A stretch of DNA of 64,000 bases from a virus (lineage: Duplodnaviria > Caudoviricetes), in IMG/VR virus record IMGVR_UViG_3300032289_002239, positions 1-64,000 of that record. The stretch is one strand, 5' to 3'. How positions within the stretch are numbered: position 1 is the first letter of the stretch; every line of letters starts with the position of its first letter. Positions 1 through 9,482 of this stretch are shown here, piece by piece. The translations under genes and the position numbers were made by a program. The notes under the pieces were generated by a model, which saw only the letters and a list, made by a program, of their open reading frames with translations, was not told the origin of the DNA and did no database searches.

Positions 1-152
1 GTCATAAGGATTAGCCTTTCAATGATCTGGGTTCTGTTTGGGTTTTTTGCAACCCAGTAGCGAACATCAAAATCTTTATCAGTTGCAAGAAGTTCTAGGG
101 TTTTAGTTGGGGTGTTTGGGTTTTGTGCAAAGTCAAGTTTTAAGTTAGCCAT
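1..152 (-). CDS. Leucine-rich repeat variant (LRV)/HEAT-like repeat protein, partial (runs off window)
   Basis: Manual translation MANLKLDFAQNPNTPTKTLELLATDKDFDVRYWVAKNPNRTQ...; NPNTP..L..LA.D.D..VR..VA.NPN is the LRV repeat signature. Confidence 0.6.
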   Translation of the reverse strand, partial: MANLKLDFAQNPNTPTKTLELLATDKDFDVRYWVAKNPNRTQIIERLILM

Positions 153-175
153 AAATTTAATAAAAATTTTAAAAA

Positions 176-499
176 TTACAAAGTATTCCAATAATTGACA
201 TTCTTGATAATAGAATTATTTAAAATGTCAAGACATTCTTTTACTGTATATTCGTGAATGTGAGTCGTTTCTGTCAACGGGTTATAATAAGGAAATTTTA
301 GATAAATCCAAATACCATCATTGTCTCCATATGGAGATTTTCTTTCATCAGAAACATCAGAGACTCTTGGATCATTTAATACATCTTTAAATGTTCTGAT
401 TTTCATTTTTTCGACATAAGTTTTTACGCGATTTTTAATGTACCCCCACCCATCTTTGTCATAAAACTTGACACCTTTTTCCAGATAAGTTTTCCTCAA
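176..499 (-). CDS. Hypothetical protein
   Basis: 107-aa ORF on the main coding strand; true start may be upstream (~562). Confidence 0.5.
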   Translation of the reverse strand: MRKTYLEKGVKFYDKDGWGYIKNRVKTYVEKMKIRTFKDVLNDPRVSDVSDERKSPYGDNDGIWIYLKFPYYNPLTETTHIHEYTVKECLDILNNSIIKNVNYWNTL

Positions 500-622
500 T
501 TCTGCACAATCATTATAATAATTGATTTGATTGATAATTTTTTGATTTCGGAAGAGTCCATTAAGTTGCTTTGTTGTACTCCTACAGTTTAACTCCTGAT
601 GCTAGGCAATGGCATTAAAGTA

Positions 623-640
623 GACAGTTTTTTAACTGTC
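623..640. promoter_or_regulatory. Palindromic operator-like site GACAGTT-N4-AACTGTC
   Basis: Perfect inverted repeat; related copies at 12019-12036, 22007-22024, 60788-60805. Confidence 0.45.
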
Positions 641-648
641 CTATTTTC

Positions 649-714
649 CCGGTGTAAATGTCTTTCTTCCGGCCGTCTTACAAGGACGGTCCCTCGCCAC
701 TAGGGGTATCAGGC
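649..714 (-). pseudogene. Degenerate tRNA-like 5' fragment (Thr UGU anticodon arm), T arm missing
   Basis: GCCTGAT-AC-CCCT AGTGGCG AGGG-A-CCGTC CTTGTAA GACGG-CCGG...CCGG: D arm and anticodon arm fold, no TTC T-loop follows. Confidence 0.45.
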
Positions 715-733
715 AAAGAGGGCTTTCGCCCTC
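715..733 (-). terminator. Intrinsic terminator after NlpC/P60 gene
   Basis: GAGGGC-GAAA-GCCCTC-TTT. Confidence 0.7.
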
Positions 734-1178
734 AGATTATTTCAGGAGAAACAAAAATTTGATTCTCAAGAATATTAGAGTAAGGCCTTACAATATAAAA
801 TCCTCGATGATAATTAATAAAAGCATTAATATCATTGAAAACTCCTATTGTATACCCCCTCATTGCCGACTGGTGAAGAACTTTACCTCCACCAAAATAA
901 ACCCCTACATGCCAAGTGTCACCGGGCCTACCCATAGCAACAACATCGCCTTTTTGCAGTTCCCTAGGATTATAGATCACCTGACCAAGATTGCGGACAG
1001 TATCCGCCCAGGGGGTGACCTTATTAGTGTCTATCCTGAGTAAAGAAAGAAACTTTCTTACTGCATTAGAACAGTTGTTTCTATACCCATTATATTTACT
1101 AAATGCGTTTTTATTATGAATAAAGATTTCTTCAAAATTTAGCTCATTCAAACGCACTTCTTCTATTACGGGAATCAT
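732..1178 (-). CDS. NlpC/P60 family cell-wall peptidase
   Basis: NCS catalytic Cys, GD motif, WHVGVYFGGGKVLH. Confidence 0.8.
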   Translation of the reverse strand: MIPVIEEVRLNELNFEEIFIHNKNAFSKYNGYRNNCSNAVRKFLSLLRIDTNKVTPWADTVRNLGQVIYNPRELQKGDVVAMGRPGDTWHVGVYFGGGKVLHQSAMRGYTIGVFNDINAFINYHRGFYIVRPYSNILENQIFVSPEII

Positions 1179-1182
1179 GGCA

Positions 1183-1656
1183 TTAGTTCAGAATCTGAAC
1201 CCTAACAGGTGCAACCCCAGAACTACGCATCCCGATTGCATCAGCAGCTGTTTCGGAAAGATCAATAATCCGTCCACCGACATAAGGCCCTCTGTCATTG
1301 ATTCTCACGATTACTGATTTCCCTGTAATTCGGTGAATTACTTTTACTCGGGTGCCAAAAGGAAGTGTTTTATGCGCTGCGGTCATAGTACCTAGTCTAT
1401 AAATTTCACCATTTGCGGTTCTATTACCATAAAACCCTGGCCCATAAAAACTAGCTTCGCCACGATAAACACTCGCCAATGGCATTTTATAATTAGGGAA
1501 TTTCTGCTCAAATTTAGTTTCCCATTCGGTTTTTGTATTGATTGATGGGTCAACAAATTGAGATACAGAAATGGCCTGAGATTCAATAGGAGCAAAAATA
1601 GTGGCCCCAATTGCACCACAGGCTACAGTCGTTAGAATTTTTTTAGAAAAAAGCAT
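1183..1656 (-). CDS. RlpA-like lytic transglycosylase (DPBB) with N-terminal signal peptide
   Basis: GEASFYG..F.G.RTANGE, TAAHKTLPFGT, VRINDRGP..GRIIDLS; start moved to MLFSKKILTT (signal-like). Confidence 0.88.
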   Translation of the reverse strand: MLFSKKILTTVACGAIGATIFAPIESQAISVSQFVDPSINTKTEWETKFEQKFPNYKMPLASVYRGEASFYGPGFYGNRTANGEIYRLGTMTAAHKTLPFGTRVKVIHRITGKSVIVRINDRGPYVGGRIIDLSETAADAIGMRSSGVAPVRVQILN

Positions 1657-1667
1657 TAATTTTAATT

Positions 1668-1730
1668 GAATTCGACATCCAGATTGATGTTGTGGCATTA
1701 CCTGTTCTAAAGGCAACATCTCTGGCTCTA
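1668..1730 (-). ncRNA. Candidate structured 5' leader RNA of the RlpA/NlpC operon
   Basis: CCAGA-GATGTTG ... CAACATC-AA-TCTGG 12-bp bulged helix enclosing a CCT/AGG hairpin; downstream of CTAAATA (1756-1762). Confidence 0.45.
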
Positions 1731-1779
1731 TTTCACCTGATTCATAACGAGGAAGTATTTAGGACTCAGGTGAAGTCAC

Positions 1780-1810
1780 TACGATAGCACGGGTCTGCCG
1801 ATCTGTCAAG
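1780..1810 (-). promoter_or_regulatory. Sigma70-like early promoter
   Basis: TTGACA...TGCTATCGT; same pattern recurs near 9435-9462, 34285-34310, 50452-50480, 54778-54806, 60168-60196. Confidence 0.55.
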
Positions 1811-1834
1811 CCCATTTGAAAATATTATTTTAGG

Positions 1835-2509
1835 CTATTGGATTCTTATGCGATTAGAAGTGTCGATTCCTCTTTTTTTCTGGTAGCCCGTAAGAGCCCC
1901 CGAATTAGTAACATATCCAGTAACTGTACACTGCCATTTTTGTGAACTAGTTTTTTCCCCAGCCTGCTTTCTGTTTTCAATTATTTGTTCCGGGGCCAGT
2001 CCAAAAAATCCAGTTCCATTTTCATAATGTCGTTGTCCCGTTTTTTTACTAATTTCACTTCTTTCTTCAAAAGACACTCCAAAAATTCCAATGTTATTTT
2101 TAATTTGTGTTTGGGCTCCTTTTTTGCCTGCTTGACGCCTCTCTTCTGAAGTCATGGCATTAATTCCAAGACCAAGCTCCTTGCATTTTTGTGCCCCCTT
2201 TTTACCAGCTTCACTCCTTTCTTCTGGAGTTAACCCACAAACCCCAGTTCCATTTTCTTTATGTTTTTGGCCATTTCTTTTACTATTTAAAACCTGTGCT
2301 TCTTTTTTGGCTTCAGTCATATCTATTTGTCCAGATATGGCTCTCCATGCAATAAAATCTTCGCCATTACCCCATAATTGATAATTACAAAAATGAAACA
2401 TGGCATGTTGAGTTACAGTAACTTCAACAAGATTTTCTGGAGTATCCGGGCCACCCATGTATCTCGGGATAATGTGGTGCTTATGGGTGCGTTCGTCTGA
2501 TCTACACAT
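1835..2509 (-). CDS. Free-standing HNH homing endonuclease with G..G.T.E.R.E.GKKG repeats
   Basis: HKHHIIPRYMGG...ENLV...HAMFH; paralogous to 51094-51858 and 55866-56384. Confidence 0.8.
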   Translation of the reverse strand: MCRSDERTHKHHIIPRYMGGPDTPENLVEVTVTQHAMFHFCNYQLWGNGEDFIAWRAISGQIDMTEAKKEAQVLNSKRNGQKHKENGTGVCGLTPEERSEAGKKGAQKCKELGLGINAMTSEERRQAGKKGAQTQIKNNIGIFGVSFEERSEISKKTGQRHYENGTGFFGLAPEQIIENRKQAGEKTSSQKWQCTVTGYVTNSGALTGYQKKRGIDTSNRIRIQ

Positions 2510-2636
2510 TGCTCTATTCTATTCTGATGGCATTATTATTTAGTAAAAATATTTTTCCATAAAAGAAAAGACGCCTCATAAAGAAGCGTCCATTCTCGTC
2601 TGTAGAGAGTGCCATCAGAACAGACTTATTATTTAG
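2510..2636 (-). ncRNA. Tandem late promoter / antisense sRNA cassette A
   Basis: CTAAATA 2630-36; stem GTCTGT/ACAGAC with TTCTGATGGCA in the loop; terminator; CTAAATA 2537-43; TGCCATCAGAA in the 5'UTR. Confidence 0.65.
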
Positions 2637-3421
2637 CCTTGACCAGAAGAGCCAATAACGCTGTTGAAATAAGGATTATAATTCGTAATTTGTTCCACCG
2701 ATAATTCGGAACCTTTTTGTGACCAGAAATTATAAAGACCCTCATAAGAGTTTTTATGGAACGTTTCCACATGGTCCTCATGTATTGTAGAACCAAGTTT
2801 TAAATTATATAAAAATAATGGCACGGAAAAAACTACCCCTGCACCATAGATCAGATCATCTGCTACGGCTCTTGGTCGAATATCTTGATCTAGTTTATAT
2901 TTACCATCTCTACAATGCAGATCGATTAGTTTCTTGGCATATCGTCTCGTTATGGCATAACAAGCAGTAGAAAATTCATTCATTTGATGTTTGTGAATTT
3001 GCAAATGAATGTCCCCAGTGCAGATAATAGCCAGCTGTAAGCAATCCCATGCGTAATTTACTCTAGATAAAAACTCCTGCCAAGTGAAATTCCAATATCG
3101 GGCATTATCAATAATACAATCATCCTCCATAAAAACCGCATATGGAGTGTTACTCGTTTCATACCAATACTTAATGGCCTTTAAATGACTTGTAAGGCAG
3201 CCCATTTCGGCTGTAGTAACATTATCAGGATACTTTCCTTTAATAATGTCACCTAGATCATCATTCCGCCCATCATAAGCAGAAATTCTTGTATAGTCTT
3301 CTATTTCCCAATATTTAAACTGGGATTCCATAAATTCCCGCCTTTCTGGTTGGTCGTCTAGATTGATATAATAGACCGGACCAAAATTATGAAGTTTATA
3401 AACCGATTTGTTTCTATCCAT
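2633..3421 (-). CDS. Glycosyltransferase family 25
   Basis: YYINLD...RR, RISAYDG, EMGCLTSH, FMEDD. Confidence 0.85.
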   Translation of the reverse strand: MDRNKSVYKLHNFGPVYYINLDDQPERREFMESQFKYWEIEDYTRISAYDGRNDDLGDIIKGKYPDNVTTAEMGCLTSHLKAIKYWYETSNTPYAVFMEDDCIIDNARYWNFTWQEFLSRVNYAWDCLQLAIICTGDIHLQIHKHQMNEFSTACYAITRRYAKKLIDLHCRDGKYKLDQDIRPRAVADDLIYGAGVVFSVPLFLYNLKLGSTIHEDHVETFHKNSYEGLYNFWSQKGSELSVEQITNYNPYFNSVIGSSGQG

Positions 3422-4358
3422 TGATCACTTTTGTTATATTTGGTATATAGTGGTTTTCTAGAATTACTTGCCAATCAAAGGTTTTTGCATAATCAAAAAT
3501 TTCTTGTCTGTTTTTGACAGAGTAATTCCGATTTTCGATTATTTTTTTTTCTACATATTCTATATCAGAAATTTTTTCTTCTGGGATTACAGTAATAAAA
3601 TCCTTGAATAAATCGAGATTTGCAGTTGCCCATTCAGAAATAACAACTCCTAGACCAGCAGCAAAAGCCTCTAAACAAACAAGTGGATGGGCCTCTCCGT
3701 CAGATAACAAGACAAGATTACCATAATTAGTAAGGTTTTTATGGAGATATTCTTTAGACCATTCTCCTAAATAATTTTTTGATTTATCAAATTTATTATC
3801 GGCAATATTTCCGGCATAAAAAAGAGACTCAATAGATTGAAACAAATATTGCCTTTTTCTTGAATCTATTTTCGCAAGATAGATTGAACTATCTGGAAAT
3901 TCTGGATGGTTGGTTTTTTCAAAAACCTCACAATCAACTCCATTAGGATTTAAAAACAATTTTGAATCCGGTATTTGACATAAAGATGCATACGTGTCAT
4001 TTATGTCCCTGGATAAACCAAATATTCTCGGTTCTATGGTCTTAAATAAATCAAATACTCTTTGCTTATAAGCTCCCATAAATTTTGGCCTTGTTATGTA
4101 GGCAAAATGGGTTGTTAAAGCGCAAGGATACTGAATATAAGGATAAAGGGGAATCCAATCATCATAATTGATATGGACAAAATCAGGTCTAAATTGATTG
4201 ATTTCTTTAATTATCTGAATAGGATCACCGATATTTATGATCTTCACTTCATGTCCCATACGAATAAGAGTTTTATTCATATCCCAAATAAGACTTTCAA
4301 CCGCACCCCAACCAGTAGGGGGAATTGGGGAATTAGGGCCTATAATACAAATTCGCAT
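3414..4358 (-). CDS. Glycosyltransferase, GT4/GT-B-like
   Basis: IPPTGWGAVE N-terminus, PNGVD, LSDGEAHPLVCLEA (E-x7-E). Confidence 0.8.
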   Translation of the reverse strand: MRICIIGPNSPIPPTGWGAVESLIWDMNKTLIRMGHEVKIINIGDPIQIIKEINQFRPDFVHINYDDWIPLYPYIQYPCALTTHFAYITRPKFMGAYKQRVFDLFKTIEPRIFGLSRDINDTYASLCQIPDSKLFLNPNGVDCEVFEKTNHPEFPDSSIYLAKIDSRKRQYLFQSIESLFYAGNIADNKFDKSKNYLGEWSKEYLHKNLTNYGNLVLLSDGEAHPLVCLEAFAAGLGVVISEWATANLDLFKDFITVIPEEKISDIEYVEKKIIENRNYSVKNRQEIFDYAKTFDWQVILENHYIPNITKVING

Positions 4359-5314
4359 TTTTCCATATTTTTTGCATATATTTTAACAAGACTTTCCCAT
4401 GAAAAATTATCAATGGCATATTGTCTAATTTCATCTCTCATAGAAAGACTAATCTCTCTATTTTCTTCAATTTTTTCTTTGACATAATCAATGTTTTCTA
4501 AATTATCATCGGCTATGACCGTAACATATGGAAGCTCTTCTGTCAAGTCATGGGCCGCGTATTTTGATATTACAGCACCAAGGCCATTAATCATGGCCTC
4601 TTTAACGACCAAAGGAGTTCCATTTTCACCATCAGACAGCAAAACAAGATTACCATAATGAGTAAAATTTTGTCGTTTGTATTCATCAGACCATTCTCCT
4701 AGATAATTTTTGGTTGGATCAAATGGAGTCTGCCCCATTATCTTTCCTACAAAATCAATACAATCGACGGTTTGATAGAGCCATTGCTTTTTTCTATGGT
4801 AGATTTGGCCTAAGTATAAAGACTTAGTTGCATTATCAGGATTTTTAGTATAATTAAATCTTTTATGATTAGCCCCATTTTCTGATAAAATTAAAAGGTC
4901 TTCATTGGCCCCATTTTCTTTAAAGGTATTATAATCTTTCTTAGAAATACAGAAAATGTAGTATTGATTGTTGTTTATAATAAAATCAAAAATCTTATCA
5001 TAACCATCTTGACGATGCATGTGTGGTTGATCGATATATGGATAATGACTACTCATTGCAATCTTTTTTATTTTGGTTTCATTTTTTATCCTATCGAGAA
5101 GAGGATAAAAAACATCATAATGAATATGAGCAAAATCAAAATGATCCGAATTTAGATCATGAAGAATTTCATCCCAGTTCTGAGTATTAGTAATAATTCC
5201 ATCGTGCCCCAATTCAGATAGCTCTAAAGAGTAATCCCAGATTAAACTTTCAACCGCTCCCCAACCATCAGGAGGAATAGGAAGAATTCCGGGTCCAATT
5301 AATGCAATGTTCAT
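4340..5314 (-). CDS. Glycosyltransferase, GT4/GT-B-like (paralog of 3414-4358)
   Basis: IPPDGWGAVE, LSDGENGTPLVVKEA. Confidence 0.8.
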   Translation of the reverse strand: MNIALIGPGILPIPPDGWGAVESLIWDYSLELSELGHDGIITNTQNWDEILHDLNSDHFDFAHIHYDVFYPLLDRIKNETKIKKIAMSSHYPYIDQPHMHRQDGYDKIFDFIINNNQYYIFCISKKDYNTFKENGANEDLLILSENGANHKRFNYTKNPDNATKSLYLGQIYHRKKQWLYQTVDCIDFVGKIMGQTPFDPTKNYLGEWSDEYKRQNFTHYGNLVLLSDGENGTPLVVKEAMINGLGAVISKYAAHDLTEELPYVTVIADDNLENIDYVKEKIEENREISLSMRDEIRQYAIDNFSWESLVKIYAKNMEKCEFVL

Positions 5315-6042
5315 CAGTAAAGTTCTTTATATGCGTGGACAAGGGAAAAGTCAGTGTTTTTATAATCAGGAGTTTTCCAAACCTCAGTCAAGTTTGTATT
5401 AATTGAATAATCCTTCCCTAAAACAAAATATGCAATTTGCATATAAAGATCTAACCAACCAAACCTATAATCAAGTTTATTTAAAATAAATTCAAATTCA
5501 AAATCGATAAAATCATATATTTGATGATAATTGTCTAAAAAAGTATTAATGTTAAAAATACTTCCGCCACCGGCTCCGTACCAATCGACATTTGGAGTTG
5601 CTCCGTATCTTTGTCTTATGTATTCAAGTAGAGATGGGGATATTTTATTTCCAGGAACATCAAATCCGGCACATTGCCAATCAGGATCAACTTTAACCTC
5701 ACCTTGAGTCAAAACATCGTCCTCCATCATTATCATATGACTTCCACCATAATTTCTTACATGAATAGCGGCCTCTCGGAACATATGGATCCAATGAAGG
5801 GATTCGTCTTTTGTAAATCCATAAACCCCGGATGGATGACCACTATTTCGTCGCCCGATTCTCATATAAGAATGAACATAATTACAGTCATATTTCCTGG
5901 CCAGATCCGAATAGTCCACCCCACCATCACAACAAATAGTATATGGTTCCTCTGGATGATACTTTCTAAATTGTTCTAGAATAAATTCTGTTGCTCTCTT
6001 GTTTTCATATACTGTATGAAAACAGCCAAATTTTGCAGTCAT
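5314..6042 (-). CDS. Putative GT-A glycosyltransferase
   Basis: ICCDGG, MMEDDV DxD-like motif; lies in the GT cluster. Confidence 0.55.
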   Translation of the reverse strand: MTAKFGCFHTVYENKRATEFILEQFRKYHPEEPYTICCDGGVDYSDLARKYDCNYVHSYMRIGRRNSGHPSGVYGFTKDESLHWIHMFREAAIHVRNYGGSHMIMMEDDVLTQGEVKVDPDWQCAGFDVPGNKISPSLLEYIRQRYGATPNVDWYGAGGGSIFNINTFLDNYHQIYDFIDFEFEFILNKLDYRFGWLDLYMQIAYFVLGKDYSINTNLTEVWKTPDYKNTDFSLVHAYKELY

Positions 6043-6803
6043 AGTTTTTCAATGTAGTGTGGAAAAATGTCATCCCTGTAAAGCCAAAACCAATGGGGCT
6101 CTCCGGGTGGGGTTGGCCGAACGTCTGGAACAAGGTCTTTAAAATCGTAACTAAATGGTGGATTATAAAAGGAATAAACTTTTGGATTATTAATTCCTAC
6201 CCATTTTTCAAAATTCATCCTTTCTATTGGACCAAAATCTCTGGCGTCTTGTCTAAAGGCATTTTTTGTTGGATGTTGAAGAGTCGAAATATAATCAGAT
6301 CTTGCCCACCAAAAATTTCCACTCATATGAGGCCAAGGATCCAAACAATAATTTACCCCAGATACTTGATGGTTATTTAATTTTTCAACATTCTTGATCC
6401 AATTATCAATACATCCGGCCTCCATGAGGTGCCTCCAACTATTAACCGCCCTGAATTTTCTATCGGAATATTGATCTCGTACTCCACAAAAATGACTTAT
6501 TCCTTTTGTATGAAAATAAAGAACCTTGTTGGTTTTTCCGTCTAAACATTCCTCGTATAAATGCTTAAGAGTAAATCCTTCGTATTCTTCATCGGTATCA
6601 TGGCAATCTAAGATCTTGAGCCAATCATAAATCGAAACGAACTCTTTTATCCTAGAGGCCTGGACCCCGTTTATTGCGCAATTAATATTTGCGTATTTTG
6701 GTAGTCCACTTTTATAAATTTTTTTTAATTGTTCATCGACAATAATTTTCCAGATATCCGTGTCTCCGGGAGACCAGATGTGATAATAAACTGATAATTC
6801 CAT
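6039..6803 (-). CDS. Putative glycosyltransferase-related protein
   Basis: YEGFTL, LYFHTKG, SGNFWW motifs typical of viral GT-associated proteins. Confidence 0.55.
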   Translation of the reverse strand: MELSVYYHIWSPGDTDIWKIIVDEQLKKIYKSGLPKYANINCAINGVQASRIKEFVSIYDWLKILDCHDTDEEYEGFTLKHLYEECLDGKTNKVLYFHTKGISHFCGVRDQYSDRKFRAVNSWRHLMEAGCIDNWIKNVEKLNNHQVSGVNYCLDPWPHMSGNFWWARSDYISTLQHPTKNAFRQDARDFGPIERMNFEKWVGINNPKVYSFYNPPFSYDFKDLVPDVRPTPPGEPHWFWLYRDDIFPHYIEKL

Positions 6804-7510
6804 TATGAATGATAAATTGAATCGTTTTTTGCTACATGTACTATTTTTGGGCTAAAGTCGCAATAAGGAGCAAATATTTCAGGATAAGCATATTCTGGAC
6901 CAAAAATCCTAACCTTTTCTTTATGTTCTGAAAAATACCTATTTAAATGGCTTTCATCATGCCATATTGCAATAACCTCTTTAGACAAATCCTCTTTTAC
7001 TGACTTTTCTAATTCATTAATAAGATCCATGATCTCAGGAAGTTTTCCCCCCCAAAAACATCCTTGATAATAAACCGAGTAATCATCAGTATATGCAGTG
7101 GAGATTGAATTGGTCTCAAACGCCCCAGGTGGCTGATTATGTGGTGGCATTTTTAAATAATGGCACGGATGATGAACACCAAACAATGGTTTACCACTAA
7201 AGAATTCTTCTTCTGTAATTTTATCAACAACAAGAGTATCGGCATCCATAAAAACTAGCCAATCGAATTCATACAATTCTACTCCGGCCCGATTAATTAT
7301 TTCAAATCGATTTAAAGTGATGTATGGCCACTGTAAATGCTCTTGCTTATAAATTACTACATTTTCTGGCGGATCCAGAATCTCGCCATCAGTAAAAACA
7401 AAATAGGTCTTGTTAGAATTTACCAAAAAATTTTCTTCACACTTTTCATAATAAAGTGGAAGAAAATCCAGGTACTTGGCCGTACCAATAAAGATAATAG
7501 CAACTCGCAT
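6803..7510 (-). CDS. Glycosyltransferase family 6
   Basis: FIGTAKY, WPYITLNRF, FMDAD, YYQGCFWGG, WHDESHLN. Confidence 0.88.
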   Translation of the reverse strand: MRVAIIFIGTAKYLDFLPLYYEKCEENFLVNSNKTYFVFTDGEILDPPENVVIYKQEHLQWPYITLNRFEIINRAGVELYEFDWLVFMDADTLVVDKITEEEFFSGKPLFGVHHPCHYLKMPPHNQPPGAFETNSISTAYTDDYSVYYQGCFWGGKLPEIMDLINELEKSVKEDLSKEVIAIWHDESHLNRYFSEHKEKVRIFGPEYAYPEIFAPYCDFSPKIVHVAKNDSIYHS

Positions 7511-8301
7511 TAAATAATCTCCCATTCACTTAAAATCAGGTCTTTAGTATCTAGGTGGGAATTATTGGTGCCTTCAAACCATCCTGAGGGGGCAATAACT
7601 TTTTCACTTTCTGCCAACCAAGCACCCCACCAAGAAAAACTACTATTTGCAATGATGTGTCCCCTACACAAAGTCATCAGACACAAATCAGTATAACTAG
7701 AATTATTTTCTGAAACAATAAAGCGATCATCAGAAAACAATTCTTGCTCAAACACCCAATTTGGGTCATCGGAAAAAACAATTACTATCCGAGTTTTATC
7801 AAATTGTTCTAGGGCCTTTTTATAATAATCTAAAGATAATGCACGGTGATTGGGATTAGTCAAATAGTCAGTTCGTCTTATGTGAAGAGAAATGGGGCTA
7901 TTTAAACAAGAAATCGTCTCTTGTGACGAGATTAAAATTTCTTGTTTGAAAGAAAAGTCTTTTTTGATTTCTTCTTTTATATATTTAAAGTATTTTTCGG
8001 ACTGAAAAAATCCATGTAAACTAACCCAGTCAGGGCAGTTATTGAATAAATCCTCATCAAAACAAAAAGAGCTTTCCTGGACCATTGGTCTGTCGGAGTC
8101 AATGTATTGAACGTTTAGTTGATTGATTGTTGATAAATTAAAACAATTAAACAGTTGATGTTCGCGCCATTCATTATTTCCACTTGAGGGTGGAATACAG
8201 ATATTATAATTATTATTTACTGCAATTCCTTTTAGTGCAGCATACTGGAACATTTGATTTCCAAGCCGACCTAAATGACCTAAATGATTAAACCCAATCA
8301 T
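7510..8301 (-). CDS. Alpha-1,2-fucosyltransferase (GT11)
   Basis: GRLGNQMFQYA, GFFQSEKYF, HIRRTDY, NSSFSWWGAWL. Confidence 0.92.
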   Translation of the reverse strand: MIGFNHLGHLGRLGNQMFQYAALKGIAVNNNYNICIPPSSGNNEWREHQLFNCFNLSTINQLNVQYIDSDRPMVQESSFCFDEDLFNNCPDWVSLHGFFQSEKYFKYIKEEIKKDFSFKQEILISSQETISCLNSPISLHIRRTDYLTNPNHRALSLDYYKKALEQFDKTRIVIVFSDDPNWVFEQELFSDDRFIVSENNSSYTDLCLMTLCRGHIIANSSFSWWGAWLAESEKVIAPSGWFEGTNNSHLDTKDLILSEWEII

Positions 8302-8947
8302 AAAAATTTTTTTTTATTTTTTCTATTACTTTATTATTTTTTGTAACTACACCTAGACCAAAAGAATTAGTGAAGTTAACTTTAGGATAATCTAGCTCAT
8401 CAAAAAACCGCCCAACTCCATTCGGCGCTGAAAGAGTGTCATGCATAATCACAACACCGTCTTCTGACATTTTAGGAAACCAGGTCTCAAAGTCATTTTT
8501 ACAATTTTCATAATCATGAAGGCCGTCGATATGAAGTAAATCTATACTTTGGTCCCAGGTTTTTGCAACATCATCAAAATATCCTTTAATAATGTTAAGG
8601 TTATCTAGACCTAGTTTCTCTTTAACATCTAAAACGAATTGATAATCATCATCGATCCTTATTCCATGTTTTGACGGATCAAAACAATCAACTCCGTAAA
8701 CAAGATTTTTTTGACATAGGGCCATAACAAAAGAGGAATACCCATAATCAACTCCTAGTTCTACTGTTACTTTGGGTTTGATTGTTTTTATGAGCCATTC
8801 GGCAAACTCTCGATGACTTTTAGGGGGAAAATTCCAGGCCGAAGGAATTGCACCTAAGATTTCACCTACATTTACATTATCTAAAGAAAGAACGTATTGT
8901 CGCCAATCGTCTCTTTGATTTTCATACCAAGAAAAATTTTCTGTCAT
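8288..8947 (-). CDS. Class I SAM-dependent methyltransferase (Methyltransf_24-like)
   Basis: VELGVDYGYS, DLLHIDGLHDY, GVVIMHD. Confidence 0.85.
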   Translation of the reverse strand: MTENFSWYENQRDDWRQYVLSLDNVNVGEILGAIPSAWNFPPKSHREFAEWLIKTIKPKVTVELGVDYGYSSFVMALCQKNLVYGVDCFDPSKHGIRIDDDYQFVLDVKEKLGLDNLNIIKGYFDDVAKTWDQSIDLLHIDGLHDYENCKNDFETWFPKMSEDGVVIMHDTLSAPNGVGRFFDELDYPKVNFTNSFGLGVVTKNNKVIEKIKKNFYDWV

Positions 8948-9165
8948 GTTAATAAGCTAATTAATTTTGAAACTTCAATCACAGCAAAGAATCCACAGAG
9001 GATCAAGGCATCCCACATTTTTAAGAATACAAAAGAAGGGATAAGCAATAATCCCCCAACAGTCTTGACAACAAGACCAATTCGTATGTCACCCCATAAG
9101 ATAACATAATATCCAGCAACCAATAGTAAGTTCCCAAAATATCTGAGAACGGTCGATGTGTTCAT
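8944..9165 (-). CDS. Small membrane protein
   Basis: 73 aa, hydrophobic, translationally coupled to neighbours. Confidence 0.6.
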   Translation of the reverse strand: MNTSTVLRYFGNLLLVAGYYVILWGDIRIGLVVKTVGGLLLIPSFVFLKMWDALILCGFFAVIEVSKLISLLT

Positions 9166-9377
9166 TAAGCTACCTGTACTTCAAGATCTTCATAGAGATA
9201 ATCAATTAGCATTTCATAATCATCTTCTGGGTCACCAGAAAAAACAATTCCATTTTGTTCGTAGTACCTCTTTACTTTTTTGTAAAGTTTTGGATTTTTT
9301 ACATCAAGGTAAAATTCACCATTTGCTGCTTTTTTAAGCGTATCGATATCTTTTTTAAATTTAGAAGTCAGTGACAT
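9165..9377 (-). CDS. Hypothetical protein
   Basis: 70-aa ORF coupled to the downstream gene. Confidence 0.6.
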   Translation of the reverse strand: MSLTSKFKKDIDTLKKAANGEFYLDVKNPKLYKKVKRYYEQNGIVFSGDPEDDYEMLIDYLYEDLEVQVA

Positions 9378-9482
9378 TGTTGAACGTTTTATTTATGTAG
9401 CAAGGTTTACTGGGCCTTATGGACCTGTTGATACAGTAGCACGTTTATTGGGATTTGTCAAGGGGTTCTCTGAAGTTTATCA

